Shown: positions 17,658 to 24,100 of the stretch, piece by piece
Layout of the letters: each line of letters opens with the position of its first letter
Position numbering within the stretch: the first letter of the stretch is position 1
DNA from: a virus
Taxonomy: Duplodnaviria; Caudoviricetes
DNA: 25,005 bases
Virus record (IMG/VR): IMGVR_UViG_3300021519_000069
Span: 1-25,005 of that record
Strand: one strand, 5' to 3'
Position numbers and translations under genes: made by a program
The notes under the pieces: model-generated
The model's input: the letters and a program-made list of their open reading frames with translations, nothing else
What the model was told of the DNA's origin: nothing
Databases searched by the model: none

Positions 17658-17889
17658 GCCACGAACGAGCGCCCGCTTGGTGCTCAACGGCAGACGATGC
17701 CAGTGCCCGACCTGCAAGGAGTATTTCAGCACGATCACCAACTTCGACAAGCACCGGGTAGGCGACCACAGCACCGGCAAGGTCTGCGTCGACCCGGAGT
17801 CTGTCGGCATGGCCATCGCCGCGGCAGGCAGCTCAACCTATTGGATCACGCCCAGCAAAGACGGAAAGTTCTATGACCACGAAGGATAG
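17647..17889 (+). CDS. FDxHR-type phage zinc-binding protein
   Basis: CQCPTCKEYFSTITNFDKHR...CVDP. Confidence 0.7.
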   Translation: MPSKPRTSARLVLNGRRCQCPTCKEYFSTITNFDKHRVGDHSTGKVCVDPESVGMAIAAAGSSTYWITPSKDGKFYDHEG

Positions 17890-18070
17890 CCAGAGCACCC
17901 GGATAATGATCAACGCCAAGGGCGTCGTGGCCCAGCTGCGGATGAGGCCGGGTAGCTTTGAGGTTGAGTCTGGCCCGAGGTTTGGCGAGAGCGTGGGCGC
18001 CGGCAATCACGTAGACGAGATGGTTGAGATATTCAAGGCGTGGATAAAAGCAGAGCTTGACACTGAGTAG
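17873..18070 (+). CDS. Hypothetical protein (65 aa)
   Basis: Overlaps the previous ORF and fills the gap before the giant ORF. Confidence 0.5.
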   Translation: MTTKDSQSTRIMINAKGVVAQLRMRPGSFEVESGPRFGESVGAGNHVDEMVEIFKAWIKAELDTE

Positions 18071-18134
18071 ACAACTGGAACGGTGACACATAAAGTGTTA
18101 AAGTACGGGGTACTACTCTTTGACGGGGTGAGTT

Positions 18135-21100
18135 ATGCCTAAGAAAACTGCTCCCCAGAACACTGGCCTGTTCAACAAGATGCTTGGCTCGATAGCCAAA
18201 GGCGTCGGCACGGCCACCAGTTCGCACCCGGTTGACTCCCTGATTGGGTTTGTATCCCCCGACCTGCTGGCGATGAAGCTGGACTCCGAGAAGGCCGGCA
18301 ACGCCTACCCAGTAGCAGACCGCTGGAACGGCCCCGGCGACGCCATGCGCCACCTGATGTTCTCTTCCAAGCTGGCCGACCGCTACGGGCAGATCCCGTC
18401 GCATCTGGAGAGCCTTGCCCATGAGTACCTGTTGAATTTCGGTGAGCCTTCCGCAGAGCGCGAGATGGATCTGTACAACGACACGCTGGGACGATCCATT
18501 GCCGAGCAGACGTCAGACCCAGCCGAGATGCAGCGCCTTGCCCAGAAGTACGTGGATGAGGGCACAGCCAAGACCATCAAGGGCAAAGAGAGCGCACCTA
18601 GCAACTATGCTGGCGGTGGTGCCGTAGTCAAAGCGGCTGAAGAAGCTGCGGCACGGGCTGCGGCAAAGGCTGCGGAAAAGGCTCCTCAAAAATTTATTGA
18701 TTCATTGCCGGGAAGGAACGAGTTAAATTATTGGCTTGATGGCGGTCAGGATGCTGTTGAAAGAGGCTTCCCAGAGGAGCCATTCATTCTGCTGGACAAG
18801 CTCTATATTGACCCGCAAAACAGAGGACAAGGTGCTGCAAGGAAAGTGCTAAAAGAGGGGCTGCAAGACATGGCCGCTCAGCACCCCGGAATGGACGTGA
18901 GACTGCTTGCCGACCCTCTTGATAGGTCAACAAATCTGCACGACTTGGTAAGGCTGTATGAATCCGTGGGTTTTGATGTGGATAACTATCAAGACGGAAT
19001 GTCAGGTGTTCCTATGTCTATGCGCCTGCCATCTAAACCGGAAAGCAAGGCGCAAGGCGGCCTGATTGGATTGGTTCAAAAGTATGGCGGCGGTGGCGCC
19101 TTCGCCACAGCTGCTGCAGAAGCTGCGGCAAAGGCTGCAGAAAGGGCGCCAAGCAAAATACCTGATCTCAAGGAATTTGTTAGACAACATAAAGGAGAGT
19201 ACGGGGCAAGGCGAGTAGAGCGGGCCGCTGATGAAATACCAAACCTTGCAAGTCAGTACAGCGATGAGGCATTACGTCGTGCGTTTACAGGAGACAACAC
19301 TCAGTTGCTGATGACAATGCACCCGGATGATTTTGAAGAGTATGCCGCAAGATTGAACCCTAATTACGACAGTGGATATTCCATAAGAGGTAGTCAAAGC
19401 AAGTTAGGTTATGACGATTACATAAATTATTTGGGAAATATTGCACGAGGCAATGGATTGGAAAATGTTCCTTACCTTAATCTGGGCCAACATAGAGTAT
19501 CGGAAATTCCCGAAATTACAGGTCACGAAGGCAGACATAGAACCCGTGCCCTTACAAATATGGGAGATGACAGCACGTTAATAAGGCTGTATCCGCAAGG
19601 AAATTTACGGGAAGATTTTCCGCGTACAAATCAAGAAGAATATATCGAGTCGTTTCGCAACTTCATGAGTAGCTATCCACGTGTACAACCTGAAACAGAA
19701 TTTGATCCAACTACGGGTGATGAAAAAAACAGACGACCATTGGCGCTGCCAGAATTTTATGCCCACGGCGGCCTTGCTGAGTTAGCCAACAAGTACGAGG
19801 GCGGCCCGTGCTACCAGTTCAAGCATGACGACCATGACGAGCACTACCTGAAGTTTGGTGGCGGCGGAGATGTAGCCAAGGCGATGCGCGAGTGGCTCAA
19901 GGGCCACCCAGAGAAGAGCTTGGAAAAGCTGAAGTTAGATCACGGCGGAGCCGATCCGCAAGATTTAATGCGGCAGACTCAAGAAATATTAGATGTTGAT
20001 GCAAATACACCTCTTCGTGACTTTTTTACAAAGCGCCTTGCCGAACTGAAGCCGAAAGCAGCAGTCAACAACTGGATCGACACCACCCTGAAAAATTACG
20101 TCAGGCGCGACTACGGTCAGGAATGGGATCCGTTGTCCCAGCTGACTCCAGAGCAGCGCCATGTTCCTTTGATGGATGAGCAGTACCGCCCCCAACAACC
20201 CAATGCCGTCTGGCCGCCTAGAAATACAATACACAAATCAAACCCGGCTGGGATCACAACGGTTACCCGTGCCCAGCTTGAAAACCCACACCTGAGAAGG
20301 CAATATGAAAAACCCGACTATTTGGAATCTATCTACAAAGAAAACCCGTGGATGCTCAACAAGGGAATGGACGAGCCAATCTCGTCATTTGATTCTTACG
20401 GCTTAGGGCTGGAGCATCTGCGCAATGAACTGCACAATGCCACCCGCCCGGACTCAGACCTGCCTGATCAGCTGCAAGTAAGGCCTGAATCCTTGAGCCG
20501 CATGTCGATGTCGCAAGCATCCCAGTTGGTGGGCAAGATCAATGAACATAGGGATATGCTGAGGGAAGCAGAAAGACAAAAGGCACTACTAACCCCTTAC
20601 AAAGAATACAAATCAGGACACAAATGGGTTGAATTGCCGGGTGCATCTGATCCACAAGGATTAAAGGCAGTAATGGACACTGGTTGCGAAGGCGGCTGGT
20701 GTACTATGGGTGAGGAAGAAGCAAAAAGTTATAGCCAACCGTTCTCAGGCCGAAAACTTTATGCTTTGTTAGACCCAGAAAACAAGCCACACGCTCAAGT
20801 TTATACCGTTGATAATGATTTCGGCCCCAGAATTCAAGAAATAAAACCACGTGGCAATAAATGGGACAGCCAATATGTGAAAGACGCTATGGCGAAAAAC
20901 CCGCAATACAAAGAAGAGTTAATGCCCTACGTGCAAGACTTTGTAAAAAGCGGCAAGTGGTCGCGTGTTAACGACATACACAATACCGATCTGTTGCACC
21001 GCCCCGATCTTCAATACCACATTGAAGACAACAAGGTTCTGCCCGGTGTGGCGCCAGAAGTGGGATTGGAAGCCCTTTACCGTGCCAATGACGCCAATGC

Positions 21101-24100
21101 ATTGCCTGAGTACATGACGCACCCAGAGGCCACCGAAGCTTTGTCCAAGTTCATGCCCAGCCCCGAAGAGCAGGCACAGATCAGCGCAGACCTTGTCAAC
21201 CTGTACAAGAAGAACAACCCCGGCATGGCCAAAGGTGGCATAGTAGAAATGGCACATAAGTACGACGTCGGCGGGTTAGCGTCATCTGACACGCTCAAGG
21301 GTATGGAAGCGCCCGGAGAAGACCAACGCTCGAAGACTGGCATAGACTGGCTGGACTACATGCTTGACCCGTTCTATGCCATTAAGGCTGGCATCAAATC
21401 TGGGGACATGCCAAGCACCGCCCACTACAAAAATGATGACGGGTCAGAAGGCAGCTACACGTTGCCCGGCATGGCCCACAGTTTGATTGGATTAGGTGAC
21501 TTTGTGCCGGGCGTTAATACCCCAAGGTCACGCGCATCAGGCATTGCATATAATGAAGGCGTCGACCATGCCTTACGCAACCAAGGTTTGGCTAACAAAG
21601 AAGACCTTCCTTTGGATTTGCAAGCGTTCCAGACGCTGGGCGAGTCGATAGGCCAGCTTCCCCTTATGCCCGTTAGAACAGTTACGGCATTAAGGCCGCT
21701 GCTTACTGGCGCAAAAGCCGTAGCTGAAATGGGCATGGCCAAAGGCATTCCAAAAGCATTCATGAATCTATTGGGCGCCATCCCCGAATACTTAGGGCCG
21801 ACCATGCATCACTCTCCCGCCAACCTTATGTTGAGCACTGCTGGCGGCATGGCGCTTGTCCCTGCAATAAAGGCATTGCAAGAGCTGGACGAGAAATACC
21901 CCGGCGCCGACCTGCAGGGGATGCTGGATCAATTACAGTCTCCCACCTCGCGCATCAACCACATGACTGACCCCGGCATTCGCGAACAGACATCCCAGCG
22001 CCATCCACTAACGCAAGCCGAGGCATCAAGAATATCCGACAACGTCCGACGCCAGATGCTGCCGGGTTTTGGCGGTGGTGGCGCTTTCGCAACGATTGAA
22101 AAGGCTGCGGCAAAGGCTGCAGAGAACGTATTACCAGCAGCGGAGCGTGAGGCTAACTTAATCAAGTTCCTTGATCTGTCAGCAGAAAAACGCAGGATGT
22201 ACCACGGTTCTAAAAAACCAAACATCACAGAATTTAAGACGGGAGAACAATTGTTCGATGAGTCCGGCATGAGTGGTCATGAAAACGAAGGGAGAAACGC
22301 AATATACTTGTCGCCAAATCCAGATTTTACAAATAATTTTTCAATAAATGGATACACGGATGAGCATCAAGCACCTGTCACATATCCAGTTTATGTGCAA
22401 GTTAATAACCCATTTGATTTTGATGATCCAGAACATTTAAAGAAGGTGAATGAAACATACTTTGATATGTACCACAATCCTGAGTCGGAGTTATACGACC
22501 CCAGTCTTTATTCTTCAGAGAGATCATTAGGCTTACATAATTTTAATGAAAAAGTTGATGATCTGCCGGCCGATGAAAACAATTGGGCTACTATTGAAAG
22601 CCCAAAATTCCAAGAAGTGTTAAAGGATTTGGGTTTTGATTCTTTTTATGGTTATGAGATGGGGATTAAGAATCTTGGCGTATACGAGGGAAACAAAATC
22701 AAGTCAGCCATTGGCAACCGTGGCACCTACGATATAACTGATCCTGACATGAACAAGGCGCACGGCGGCCTGATTGGCTTGGTTCAAAAGTATGCCGGCG
22801 GCGGTGCCGTAGTTAAGGCGGTTGAAAAAGCTGCAGCACGGGCTGCGGAAAGGGCTGCTACCAAAACGGCAAGTTACGATATGGCCAAAGATGCTAAGAT
22901 TAGGCTATATCGAGCATCCCCTGATGACTATGTGACTAGAGGAACGAGCTTTACTGAAGATGCGGAGACAGCCCGAGCATACCAAGATAACCCCGGTTTT
23001 GGTGGTTCCGAAATTTATTCAACCCGCATCAACCCCAAAAACGTGCTGGATCTTTCGGATGAAGAAGATCAGTGGACGGCTCTTTCCAGTGCTATTGGTG
23101 AAGAAATAGAACCAAGTCGATATGCATATCACTTTGCACGTTCACTTACTGCGGATGATTCCCTGACTGATAAACTTGCAGAGAGCGGTGTGGATTGGAT
23201 TAAATTCAGGGATGATTTTCCAGAAGGTTCAAAAACGTGGATTCCTGTGTCAGACAAGGCAATAGATAATGCCTCTGAAAACAATTATTTATTTAAACCC
23301 AAAAATAAAAACAAAGGCGGCTCAGTGCGTGGATATGCCCACGGCGGCCTGATTGACTTGGTTCAAAAGTACGGTGGCGGTGGCGCCGTAGCCAGAGCTG
23401 CTGCAGAAGCTGCGGCAAAGGCTGCAGAGAACGTATTACCAGCAGCCGAGCGTGAAGCTAACCTTGCCAAGATGCTTGAGCCAAGTGCGGTTAAGAATCG
23501 TTTATATCACGGCACAACTAAAGATATTACAAAATTTGATCAGAAGAAAGCTGGTGAAAAAACTGGCAACGTCACTAGTGAGCTTGGCACTTTCTTAAGC
23601 AACAACCCCGCAGAAGCAAACAGGTATGCAAAGGAGTGGGGAGCGGAAGGCGGCAATGTAATGCCTGTCTTTGCTCAGGTTACGAACCCGTACGCAATGT
23701 CCTACGAAGAGTTTGCTAACTTGGCGACAGGGGGTTGGAATAGGCTTATGAAAGACCCTGACTATGATCCTAATTCAGTAATTAAATTTGGCGATATGGA
23801 TGCACAAAAACGCGCTGCACAAGTATTAAAGAAACATGAAAACGATGCGCGGCAAGACGTTATTAATCGCCGTGACGAATTGATGTCATTAGGTCATGAT
23901 GGTGTTGTTGTGAACATCGGTGGCAACCAAGAAGTAATTGTATTTGACCCATCCAAAATCAAGTCAGCCACAGGCAACCGTGGCACATATGATCTAACTG
24001 ACCCAGATATAACCAAGGCGCACGGCGGCCTGATTGACTTGGTTCAAAAGTATGGTGGCGGTGGTGCTTTTGCGACGATTGAAAAAGCTGCGGCACGGGC

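Noticed and set aside
18057-18130. TTGACA upstream of the giant ORF as a dedicated promoter
   Set aside because: No acceptable -10 at 16-18 bp spacing. The gene is probably co-transcribed with the terminase operon.
22103-24060. Paired similar segments considered as a DGR template/variable repeat
   Set aside because: Differences are not adenine-specific, both copies are coding, and no reverse transcriptase is in the window.
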